Shown here: piece after piece, positions 40,150 to 52,304 of the stretch
Numbering within the stretch: the first letter of the stretch is position 1
Layout: each line of letters starts with the position of its first letter
From: Chrysomallon squamiferum
Taxonomy: Eukaryota > Animalia > Mollusca
Assembly (NCBI GenBank): GCA_012295275.1
Contig: CM022671.1
Coordinates: 16,678,001-16,742,000 of the forward strand
Direction of reading: 5' to 3'
DNA: 64,000 nt
Notes under the pieces: model-generated
What the model was told of the DNA's origin: nothing
What the model saw: the letters and a program-made list of their open reading frames with translations, nothing else
Database searches by the model: none
Position numbers and translations under genes: made by a program

Positions 40150-40401
40150 GGGTCATTCCGTGTCAAAATCACCCAATGGGTTAAACCCGACTGTCTCAGA
40201 TTTTTATGAAACTTGGTATACTTGTTGACTGGGATCCCACAGCACTAATCTGAATAATTAGGCCAATTGGACCAGTGGTGTGGGCATGATCACCAACCTT
40301 TGAACCCTCATAGCTCAGGAACTCCTGGGCCAATCTTCATAAAATTGGTATTGTTGAAAAGGCAATGTGACAAGGATTCCAAATCTGCCATGGAATGACC
40401 C
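40150..40401. mobile_element. Short DNA-transposon MITE, Sola2-like
   Basis: TIRs GGGTCATTCCGTG / CATGGAATGACCC, flanked by an ATAA direct repeat on both sides (4-bp TSD). GRG termini with a 4-bp TSD fit Sola2; the family call is from memory. Confidence 0.7.
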
Positions 40402-40832
40402 ATAATTTAATTTAACAGGTATAATGACTTCTGTGAGAGATTTATCTCTACATAGCAACAGTTTCACTTAAACCATTCATGTACATCATGGAAATGTCTA
40501 ACTCAGAGAGTGGTGACTTACAGTGTGACTAATTTAAAAGTAGTCATTTAATAATAATAATAATAAATAAATAAATAATTACCAGTTTCTGGATTTTCCA
40601 GATTTGTGGATGCTGGATAAAAGGTTTGGTACCTGTATTTAACTGTTTCTTAAAATGTTTTCACCATGAAGCATAGTTTCACTATTAAGAAATATTAAAA
40701 GAAACACATAATCAAAAATTATAATAGTACTGACAGTGATTATTAGGGCCTTTTCTACATTTGGTATATTCTTTCAAAAACAATTCATTTATATATTTTT
40801 TTTTAATTTCATGTTAATAAAAGTTTGCAGAC

Positions 40833-43100
40833 ATGAGGAAGATAAGATTGTCAGAGTCAGATTTTGAACTTTTTGAGGAGGAGCTGTCATCAGATGAATT
40901 TGCTTTCTTCAGCAAGCACAAAGAAACTTTCTGCTGTATGATTAAAGATCAGGTACAGATTTTGTGATAAAATTAGGCACCAGGGTTGAGTTCAGTTACA
41001 ATTATCTATTAGAATTCAACGAATGAATATTCTGTTCAGTTTTAATTATTTATTACAATTCCATGAGTGGATTAAGTTCAGTTATAATTGTCTATTACAA
41101 TTCCATGAATAGATTGAGTTCAGTTGTGGTTGTCTATTACAATTCCAGGAGTGAATTGAGTTGAGTTGTAATTGTCTATTACAATTTCATGAGTGGATTG
41201 AGTTCAGTTACACTTACTTATTACAATTACATGATTGAACTGTGTTCACTTATAATTATTTTGCTTTCCAAAATTCATTTATATACAACTACACTTGCTA
41301 CCAAATACTGTAAATCATAAAAGGATTCCATTGTTTAAAAATAGAATATAAATAATGCAAGTAAAGTGAACATCTCATTTTAATAAAGAATGTGATAAAA
41401 GTATATAAAATTGTGACACATTTTTTGTTTGATGCATTTGGACAAGGTGTTACCAACAAAGCGTAGCTAATAAGAAAATACTGCATTTAGAGTCTTTTGG
41501 CATTTAAGTCAATTCATTATATTATTATTGTTGTAATTTTTTTTTTTTTTTTTTTTTCATTTCAGGGAAGAACATTTTGGACAAGATTTATAGTAGTGTT
41601 CCGGAGTTACACTGTCCGTCATGGGATTGTTAGAGACATGCCTTGTGAATCACTTAAAATCCGTGCCATGCTGGACCACGCCTTCACTGTTATACAGGAC
41701 AACATTGTGGATGGTACATACACTGCAGTTTTCTAAAGTTTCATTTATGTATTGAATTTATGTATTGAAAGTAATTTTTGTTTAAGAATCTCTGTTACAT
41801 TATAAATATTATTTCATTTTTGTGTGAGCTGTCTTCTAAATTTTCAGTTACAAATATTGCACTGAAAATATTTTCATGGAAGGATAGTTGTTAGCATATA
41901 AATGTAATTAAAAATATTATTTCACTTTGTTCAGTGCCATATTTTAAATTTTCTTTTCCTGAGTGTATTAATATTACACTGAAAATATGTTTTAGGATTT
42001 AATTGACAAAAATTGAATTTATTCCGTAATTTCTGTATTTTTTTTAACCTTTGTTTTCTGTTTCTTTTTCAGCCAAATTAAACGCATCACGTGCCTTTAT
42101 AAACAAAATTGCTGTCCTAGCTCTGAATAAAGACAAGTTTCATTACCTGGATTCACGATCATTCAGTGAGTTGTTACTGTGCACACACTATTAACTGAAT
42201 AAACAAACATTATACATGTTTCATTATGATTATGTGAATATTTGTAATTCACATTTTTTATTTTGATATCTATTCTGTTTTGATGTGTTTCATGCTTTGA
42301 TGAATCTCCATAAGTTTTCAAGCTCAGTTTTCAGGGCACCATGTTTAAAATTGAATAAAAAAGTTAATAATATGTGATCTTTTTTTCTCTATTTCATTAC
42401 AGCAAAAGATCCTTTTTACAACAAAGAAACAAGGTTGGTGACACATCTCAATTATTTTGAGTAGAGACTAAAGGAGTTTCATATACCGTATATATTTGTG
42501 TACAAGGCGACCTTATATATAAGTCGATGTGTATTTTAAGACCAAAAATTGCGTCATTTTAGGTATAACTTGTGTATAAGTCGACTGTAGATTCCAGGCA
42601 CCGTCACTTTGTTTTCGATTTGTCGGTAGTGGATATTAATGACGATTGCAATATTATTTCACCAAATTCTTTACAATTACACAAGTGAGTTTTGTTTATG
42701 ACATTAGGACCGATATTTAGAGCAATTTGGCAGAGAAGTCTGCATTCCTAGATCATTGCAAGATGCCGTAAGGCATAACGCCGTACTGACGTTTTTTTCG
42801 CTTTAAAATGTATTTATATGTCATTAAACGGAAGAATATCATGTTTTACATTCATATTTGGTTTTGTTATTTAATTTTTCAAAAATTTTTATACGATAAA
42901 ATTATATTTTTGAAAAGCTGAAAGACCGCGATTATTTTAGATGCATCCCGTAGCAAAAAATAGTCAAAATGGCGACTCTCCAGCAACAGCTACAAAAGCA
43001 TTACCTATGTATAAGTCGACCCCCAAAATATTACCTTAATATAGTCTCCCAAAAATTCGACTTATACACAAGTATATACGGTATTTCTAATGAAAATCAT

Positions 43101-43152
<52 letters not shown>

Positions 43153-46100
43153 TAATTGCATTACAACTAAAACACAAAGTAATAAAATAAGGTTGCAGTT
43201 GAATATTATAGTTAATGTACAGAACCAACACCCCCCCAAAATAAACAAACAACAACAAAAAGCAAATAAAATCTAATTTTCTTTAGTAGTTTAATTATTT
43301 TCATCAATTTAAGTAAACTGTATTTTTTGCAGGGATGTCTTTAGACTTCTTTTTGGCCCACCAGATCACAAAGTATCTTACATTCAGGTTTGTCTAAATA
43401 TATTTATATATAACCATGAACTGTTTATAATTTATACTACATAGTTTATCTTGAGGTGAATGCTTAGAACATGAATTGAATTAAACAAACCTGGTTAGAC
43501 ATCAAAATGTAATGGGTCACATGATCATTATTCACCATGTATTGTTGGACTATTTCTCAGTCCAATCAGCATTGTGACTAGTTTGACAAAGAACTGAAAG
43601 CTTTCCTGTTTAGAGAGAAACTATAAAAAAAAAAAATTTGCTTTTATTAATATATTAATTATTAAGAATGTTCACAATGTTTTCTGACTCATGTATGGAA
43701 TCCAGTGATTTGATGTCTAATAAATGTTGATATTTATTCTTCTGTTGTTTAAAAAAAAAAAAAAAAAAAAATGTTTTACTTGATTCAGGTTTATGTTCTG
43801 ACTCCTGTTTATCTTCGATTTGGTGGTTCACTGTGCCGATGTTTGATGAAGTGGATCAATGCTGAAGAGCAGGATCCTTCTGATGACAGTTACTGGACAC
43901 CACCAGCACCTGACAAAAAGCATTCAGAGAAAATGAACATTTTGTGTATGAATTGCATAGAAGAATGTGGAAACCTGTATATACAAGAAAAGATATCTGG
44001 TAGTAAACAAGGCCCTCAGTTTTTTAAATTATGGACATTAGGAGATCCCCGATTCAATGATAGTTCTAATCCCCTGTATAATCCAAATGCCGATAAAGAT
44101 TCTGATTGGAGACATGATTGTGAGATGGAAGATTTTCAAGAGTTTGTAAGATATGTGAAAAAAAAGTATGGAAGTGAAGCCGATCAGTGCTCTGAATGTG
44201 CACATCTTCAAAATGAAAACCAGGCAACGAAAAATAAGAAGAAGAAAAAGAAGAAGAAGAAGAAAATATCTGATGTTGTTACAGAAGTTGATAGTGTTGA
44301 ATTTGGTTGTTCAGAGAAGCCTTCAGTGGCTGTAATGCCAGATGTTGTTTATGCTGAAAATCAGGCTGGAAGAAAAGAGACAAGCTACTGGCCATTTTCA
44401 AAGAATGCAACAAGAAGAGAATCTGTTATATACAACAAGAAAAGTGGCCACACAGATTCCACTGAAAGCTACAAAGTAGTGCACATTGAAGATAAAGAAA
44501 CAAAGTGTTCAGAAACAACAATCATCTTTGCTGATTATCAGGTAAATACAAACACAGCTAATATAAATAAAGATTTTCTTGTATACTACATCACAACATA
44601 GGCCTATTGGTAATCGACTTTTAAACTTTTATATTAATATACATATATGGTTAATTTCATTTACTTGATCAAGTTTATTAAAAATACTATGAAAAATTAA
44701 AACATCATTTTTGAGATTCAAAATTGAATATGAAAACAATAGTGAAATTTTTCAGTATTTTGTGTAATTAAAAAAAAATTTCTTGTGTTTGAAATTATCA
44801 GGAGATTTATAAATTAAATAAGCTAACACTGTAACAGGCATATTTTAATATTAATATGCATATTTAAACTGCAGAGTAAAAGTAAAATAGATTACAAAGA
44901 GCCTGAGTATATGACACCAGCCTTTCTGAAGTACTTGATACCAGAAATGCCTTACAAACTGGAACTGTGGCAAGGATCTGAGTCTGTCATTGCTGTTCTT
45001 AACTATGAGTCTGAGGAAAAGTTTACTGTAACAACTCCAACTAATTTCAACCTCAAAGTGATTGCATCCAACAAATCGACAATCATTTCCATAATGTATC
45101 AGTGTGAGTTATTTTTATCACAAGCATATACATTTATGAAAGATGCCCATATGGCATTATATGTATTGATTTTTTGAACATTTATTTTTTTAAATTTAGA
45201 AGAATATAAAATAGCAATCTATATTTTTAGAACAGGCTATTGTGTTTTGATGGTTTTGTCTCATTTGGGCTGTTCCTTCTTTTGGTGTATTAATAAATGT
45301 ATATTTCTGCTTCAGTTCAATATGTTAAATGAATAATTATGAACTGAAGTGAAATGCGTTATTTAATAACAAAAAAAAAAAAATGATACTATCAACTTAA
45401 ATTATCCAAACTGTAAACACTGATTTGTCTAGAAAAGACATATTTGATAATACCAGCCTAAATTATTATATTCTGTAAACATAGGTTTTACTAGAAAAGA
45501 ATATAATTTTATGTTATTTGTAGTACTGCAGTATGTTGGCAAACGAAAGAAACGGCTTTGTCCAGGATGGACAATGGAAGTTGACGATGTTCTGATGTGT
45601 GTAACGCTTAAGGAAAATCCACAACAGGATAATCTTAGAATCTGTATACAGAAAGGATTTCATCCCAAAGAATATCTGGATAATGAGAGAGAAATATTCA
45701 GAGTAAGATCAATGAAAAAATTACTTAATTACACATCTGTGTAGTGAAGAATTTGTTGACATTGCTTTAGCCTTTAAAAGAAACAGTTGAATTATAGTGT
45801 TAGTGATTGTGACATGGATGTTAAAGTTATTGGGGTTTTATTTTAACTTTTCTAAACTTGCCTGATTATATAAAACTTAAGCAGTAACACCATTTTGATA
45901 TAACATTTTTATATTTTGAATTTATTATCTTGTATACCTATATGATAGTTGTCCTTCTCTCTCGTGCATGTGAGGGGTGACCTAAATGATTTAGCCTGTA
46001 TCAATTTAAAAAAAAAAGGTCCAAAAGTCAAAGAATTAACATGCAACACTACCTCACATTTTCAATTATTAACAGTTAAGTGTCAGATGTCTTTTTGCAT

Positions 46101-49100
46101 TATGATGATATGCGAAGAATCCCATTTCTGTCGCTTGGTGACTACTCCATAATTGGCAGTCAAATTTTAAATATGTGTCTGTGTGTAAATTGTAAAATTA
46201 AATTAGCAACTAATTAGGCTCAGGCTGGGCAAAGTGTTGAATACAAGACCTAACATGCCTTTAGCCTGGCCAGTAGTCAAAGGACAATCAATTTGATTCC
46301 AATATTTCATTCTACTAGTACTAAAATGATTGTTTTTATTGATGTTTTAGATTGAAATTCAATCATAAATAAATAAATAAAAGAACTAAAAGTTGCAATG
46401 TTTTGAAAGAAACTGGCATTTTTATCCCCTCTTCTTGGCACAGATTAAACTAACAACATTTTAAGAATACTATACCACATATTTGACTTTATTTTTGTGG
46501 ATTAAAATATTATTTTATTTATTATTTTTCCAGGTACAAGACACACCTGAAAATGATGATGTGAAGATTACTTCAGTAGGAGATTGGCATGCAGAAAAAG
46601 AAAGGAAGAAAGTATGAACAGTTAGCAATTTTATTACATATTAATGATGAAATAATAAATTGGTTTTCAGCTTTTTGTATTTAACTGATGCAACAAAAAC
46701 AAAAAAAAAAAAAAAAAAAACAGTTAAAATCATTACAGAGTCAACATTTCATCCATATTATAAGTTTAAAAGTAAAGTGATAAGAATATTTTAATTTTGA
46801 TTCTTTTTTGAACTTTTAACAATGCTCAGAATCTTTGCTATCAGTAAATGTTGCTTTTTGTTATCATTTATATAATTAGTTTGGAAGAATAAATCAAATG
46901 TTCAGCTATAAAATTATGTTTTGTTTGAATAACAATTTTTTAACAAAACGTCTGTTTCCCCAAACAGAATGAAAACATCAACCAGTACCCAAAATATTGT
47001 GTACTTACTTCTAATTTATTGACATTTAACATTCACTAATAGGGTACTGTCTGATAACTTAAAAATTTCAGTGTTTTTGTTTGCGTTATATATATTTGAA
47101 GTTGATGCATAACATAATTAATTGATGTCATTCTAACAGAAGTCGACCATGAATGATCTGGTTAAAGCTGTAGCAGACATCAGTGATGGAATTGAAGTAA
47201 GTAAATTTTTGTCCTCTTTTGAGTTGCACAAAGATATATAATACACCTGTAAATAAAAAAAGATTATTTGAGTCTCATGTTAAAAGTGATGCATTTGAAA
47301 TAAATAATTTCAGATTTCAGAATGGTAGTAATATAGCAAACACAGTTAACAGAATGTTAACGAAAACATTTATTAATTATAAATAATAAAAATAAGTGCT
47401 GAGGGTTGGGGTAATTACTATAAACAGTATTTTAGTGGGATAACTAATAAATGTAAATAGTCAGCTTGGCTTAATTCCAAAGAAAATGGTCAATAAAAGA
47501 AATGATTTTAAACATCATTGACTTTCACAATGTTTCATTCAGTGTCAGTTTTTAGGATTGTAAAATGTATTTAAAAAAAATATATATGTATATAAAATAT
47601 TAAAAAAAATAAAATAAAGACATCTTGGTTGAATTTGTCTAATAGTCATGTAAATCCTATAACACATTTTTTGTTTTAACAGTATCGTTTGGAAGACACT
47701 GTAATTATGAAGAATGGAACAGTAGTTCACTTGAAGCCTGGAAAACCTCCAGTTATTGACATCAGGTAAACAAATTTTAAAATGTTTTTGTTCATAACAG
47801 ATAGGTTATACGTTTTAATCAACAAGGTTTATTTCTAAAGTGTTGTTTCTGCTGTAATCATTAATTAATCAAGTTATACAAAAAGAAAATATTTATTGTG
47901 TTGGAAGAAACTTTTGTGGCATGTGACTTCCTTTCATAAGTAACCGAAATATGTGAGATATGCACACACATATTCTGAAAGGTGAACTTTTTTGTTCCAG
48001 CTCAATATTTACAACAATTTTATATTTACATAATAATAATAATAATAGTAATAATAGTAATAGTAATAGTAATAGTAATAGTAATAGTAATAGTAATAAT
48101 AATAGTAATAATAATAATAATTAATAATAATAAGGTAAAAAAAAAAAAAAATATGGTGCCATTAAAAGAGAAATAAAGCAAACCAATGTATTTTATGACT
48201 GAACTACAGAGAACTCTGGCATGTGTGTGTGTTCATGCAAGTATTCATTTTCATTTGTTTCCAATTTTCTAAAATAACATTTAGTTGTGTTGGGATTTTT
48301 TCAGAGCCTGTTCAGACAACGATAAACAAAGATTAAATGTCAATGATTTGAAGTCAGTAAGTTGTTATTCTGTATTATCTTGTTTACACTGTCAAAAATA
48401 ATCAACTAAATTATTTAATTATCATTTAGAAAGCCTGTTTCTTTCTTATATGCAAAAACAAGACAAAAACTGAGGTGAAAATGAACTGAAGTGGATATTA
48501 ATTGTGTGAGCAACTTATTGCAGTAACTATCTTACATACATCTTCTTTGGTTTTTGTTAATAATAGATTCACCGGGTTAGCACAAGTACAACTTTAGATT
48601 TATACATTAATGCGGTCAGTTTCACAGTGTAATGAAATGAAAGTGTTGACTGTAAGAAAAACAGAATAAAGTATAATACAAATTAACACTGAAGGAAATA
48701 AATGTTATCCTTCTACATAAAACGTTTTTATTTGAAATCACCAATACAACTATCAGTATAATAATATGTGTTTGTGTTAAATTTTATTACAGATCACCAT
48801 TACCTCTGTATTAATTAATCACGAAGTAACTCTTAATATTTATTACAAATCATTGATACAACTGTAATGATTAACATAATAATGAATTAATTTTTATTAC
48901 AAATCATTGATAAAGCTGCATTACTTAACATAATCTTAAAGCAACTATTATTTGTTATTGCAAATAACCAATACAGCTGAATTAATTAACATAATCATGA
49001 AGTAACTCACATTTATATTACAAATTGCCAATGCAATTGTATTAATTAATATAATCATGAAATAACTGTATTAACTTGTATTACTAATCACTAGTACAAC

Positions 49101-49992
49101 TGTATTAATTAATATAATCTTGAAATAATTGTATTAATTTATATTACAAATCTCCAGTGCAGCTGTACTGAAATAACTGTATTAATTTATATTACAAATC
49201 TCCAATGCAGCTGTACAGAAGTAACTATTAATTTTTACTACAAATCACCAGAACAATTGTATTAATTAATATGACAATGAAATAACTGTATTAATTTTTA
49301 TTACAAATCTCCACTACAGTTGTATTGAAGTAATTGTATTAATTTTTATTACTAATCACCAGTACAACTGAAATGCATTAATATAGTCCTGACGTTCTGT
49401 ATGAAATCACTGTGAATTTAGGCCTACTGTTACTGTAATTCCTTCTAGTCTTTTTCATGTTTTGAACCAGATAGACAAATTGTTCATCAGCGAAGTAAAT
49501 ATAGTCACATAAAATATAGTCCGCTTCATCAGTTTGCTGGCTGATTCTTTTCAGTTATGTGTTTTTCAGTTATCATGTTATTAATTAATGACAAAATAAT
49601 TTAATTTCAGTTTGTAAGGAAGAAGGAAATAGAATTGCCAGTTTGGGATTTGATTTCTGCCAATCCAGGAAATCATGAAATATTTGTTCTGCAGGATGCT
49701 AGTGAGTTAGACATTAATTACTCTTCACCAGTATAACTTCTTATTATCTGTATTAAAATCTTAAAATAGAAATAATGGTGGAAATTTCCTTAGCATGTAT
49801 TGCTGTATAAGACTAATGTGTAAGCTTAATAATGAATATAAAATTCATTTGGTAATGTTAATTCCTCTGCATATGCATTTAAAAATGAATAATGATATCA
49901 GTAACTTTTATAACGTAATATAAATACAAAATCTTTTGATAAATTGAATCATTTTGTACTTTAATTTTATGTTCTTGTGAATTATTTGTGTG

Positions 49993-50029
<37 letters not shown>

Positions 50030-52304
50030 ATTTCCTCTAAAGTGTTATATTTGAATTATTTATGTAGATAGATATCAACCAACTAGTTAAAATTTTGACT
50101 CATTCTTAAATCATTTCATATGTGAATATAGATAATTACTGAAAATAAATCCAAAGCTGTTGCCTTGTTTCCACTTTAGTGGTGTAATTTATGCAACTTA
50201 TTATTTGTGTTTATCAAGTTTCATAAAGTATGCAAATAACATATTTCATTTCCTAAATATTCGCTCAGTTTTATTTATGAATTAAATAAATTAAAGCTTC
50301 TGTTAACAAATACAACTTTCAGAAGATGAAAAAACTAAAGAAAAAATCAACACACAAGTTAACAAGTGCTTGGCCAAAAATGGCTATGCTGTTGTGGAAT
50401 GCACCAACAAGACTTTATATGAGGTTCAAAATGATGAAAGCACAGAAAATTGCCTCATGCTCGACACTGATGTAAATAAACAACTACAGAAGAACTGTGA
50501 ATTGCAAGAAAGAAGTGAAAAAGTATCTCAAGAGCTTATAAGGACATTGATAGCTAATAAATTAAGACTAGATAACCGTAAAGATAGATCCGATTTAAAA
50601 ATTCTGAATATAGAAACTAAACCACAGAAAACTGTGGTTGTTCAGAAAATAAATATCAGCATACACGAGAACGGTAAACGTCGTTCTCCTTCTCATCATG
50701 TTATTACACTAGAGGTTGAAACACTGCTTGCTGACCAGTACCTCATTCGTGTCACCTTGCCTGGACATGCTGAGGTGAAACAAGAAAGTCATAAAGAGGA
50801 GCTCAGTTCAAAAATCAGGTCATCTCTTTTTGATCAGATGCGTAGGATCATGCCATTTCTTGAAATTAACAAGATTTGTGTAGATGTTGATGAAGATGAA
50901 TGCGGAAGATTAAATATTAATCTTGATCTATCTCAGTCTGCACTGCAACAGACATTTCACGATAAATCTTTTTCACGACAAAAAACTGTACAGATGTTTT
51001 TAAAAAAGGAGTCAGTTGTTGAATTAACAGAGAGTGATATACAGAAGATGTGCAGATTGAAAATGGCTACTAGCAATAACCAGGTGAAATACACAGGAAC
51101 CAGAGCAGAAATCAGTGCTGCAATAAAAAAACAGAAAGCAAACGATCTGCTTGCATGTTCTAACAGTGGCAAAATGGATGAAAAACCTGAACCCACAGAA
51201 ACGAGTCCTGCATTAAATAAACAGAAAGTAAAAAATCGGCATACATGTTCTAAAGGCAGCCATATGGAGGACAAACCTAAACCTACAGAAATCAGTAATG
51301 AAATAAATGAACAGAAAGGGAAAAATAAGCATACATGTTGTAACAGCAGCAAAATGGAGGACAAAACAAAATCAGCAGGAACCAAAACAGACGTCAGTCC
51401 AGCAATAAATGAACAGAAAGAAAGAAATCTGCTTGCATGTTCTAACAGCAGCAAAAAGGACAAAAAACCTGAACCTGAACCTACAGGAACCTGTACTGCC
51501 TTAAATGAACAGAAAGGAAAAAATCTACACGTCTGCTCTAACTGCAGTACTACTGAGGACAGACCTAAACTGTTCAAAAAATGCCAAAGGTTTGTCATGT
51601 TAAAAACTTGAATTAGATTCTTTTTGTCCTTTGGTTTTTAATTTTAAAGAATGAAAATGTGGTGTGTAATAAAATTAACTAGTAGATAAACAAAGGGAGT
51701 TGTTGGTGAGACGCTAGCATGTTATATGTCTTTAGTAACTACAACATTTGCATTGTGTTATTTATATTCTCAAACCAAAACTAGTTTATGGTACTTGTTT
51801 TTCTGTTTGGGAAAACAAATAAGAATACATAGCTGCTAATATTGTTTGTTTTTTTAATTTATTGTTTTTGAGTCGTTTTAATTCAACTAGTTTATAACAA
51901 AACTCATTGAGGAAACGAGTAAAATTTTATTTATATTTGCAGATGTAAACAGGAAGGTATCCGAAGTCCGAGGTTCTACTGTGGGAAAGATTGTCAAGGT
52001 ATGATTTATAAATAAATGTATTCATCAAGATAATTTTTTTGATACTCTTTTTTTAACTTCTAAATCTTCATCAACACAGACTCCCAGCCAGTAATCATTT
52101 GAAAGAATTGTCAATTCATAAACATTGTATTATAAAGTATATTTTTGTATAAAATGTTGATTTATGCCTAATGAAAGAAATAATTCACCTGAAGAGAAAG
52201 TTGCTTAATTGACCTACTTTTAAATTACAGTTTCTGATTGGAACTCCAGACACAGACAGGAACACTTAGATGGATCATTACCAAAAAATGGTGATCAGTG
52301 TTAA
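40833..52304 (+). CDS. Uncharacterised protein of about 1121 aa with a C-terminal MYND-type zinc finger
   Basis: 16 phase-consistent GT-AG exons: 40833-40952, 41566-41713, 42073-42165, 42403-42433, 43333-43387, 43789-44541, 44875-45103, 45524-45702, 46534-46611, 47140-47196, 47683-47765, 48305-48356, 49611-49701, 50323-51589, 51943-51998, 52231-52304 (3366 nt, open throughout). The C-terminus CSNC-x12-CQRC-x10-YCGKDCQ-x3-W-x3-HRQEH fits the MYND pattern. The true start codon is uncertain; a non-coding exon may lie near 39148-39238. Confidence 0.85.
40983..41260. repeat. Minisatellite of about 42 bp (GATTGAGTTCAGTTATAATTGTCTATTACAATTCCATGAGTG-like)
   Basis: About 6-7 copies in intron 1 of the MYND gene. 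Confidence 0.85.
42486..43081. mobile_element. Non-autonomous Tc1/mariner-superfamily (Tc2/pogo-like) MITE, about 596 bp
   Basis: Left end CCGTATATATTTGTGTACAAGGCGA and right end reverse complement CCGTATATACTTGTGTATAAGTCGA. TA on both flanks (42484-85, 43082-83). Internal TATAAGTCGA repeats near 42518, 42575 and 43010. No transposase ORF. Confidence 0.85.
48780..49390. repeat. Degenerate AT-rich minisatellite (ATTACAAATCACCAATACAACTGTATTAATTAA...-like)
   Basis: About 10 diverged copies of a 40-60 bp unit in intron 12 of the MYND gene. Confidence 0.8.

Noticed and set aside
50957-51598. 213-aa antisense ORF
   Set aside because: Shadow of the repetitive sense-strand exon 14 of the MYND gene.
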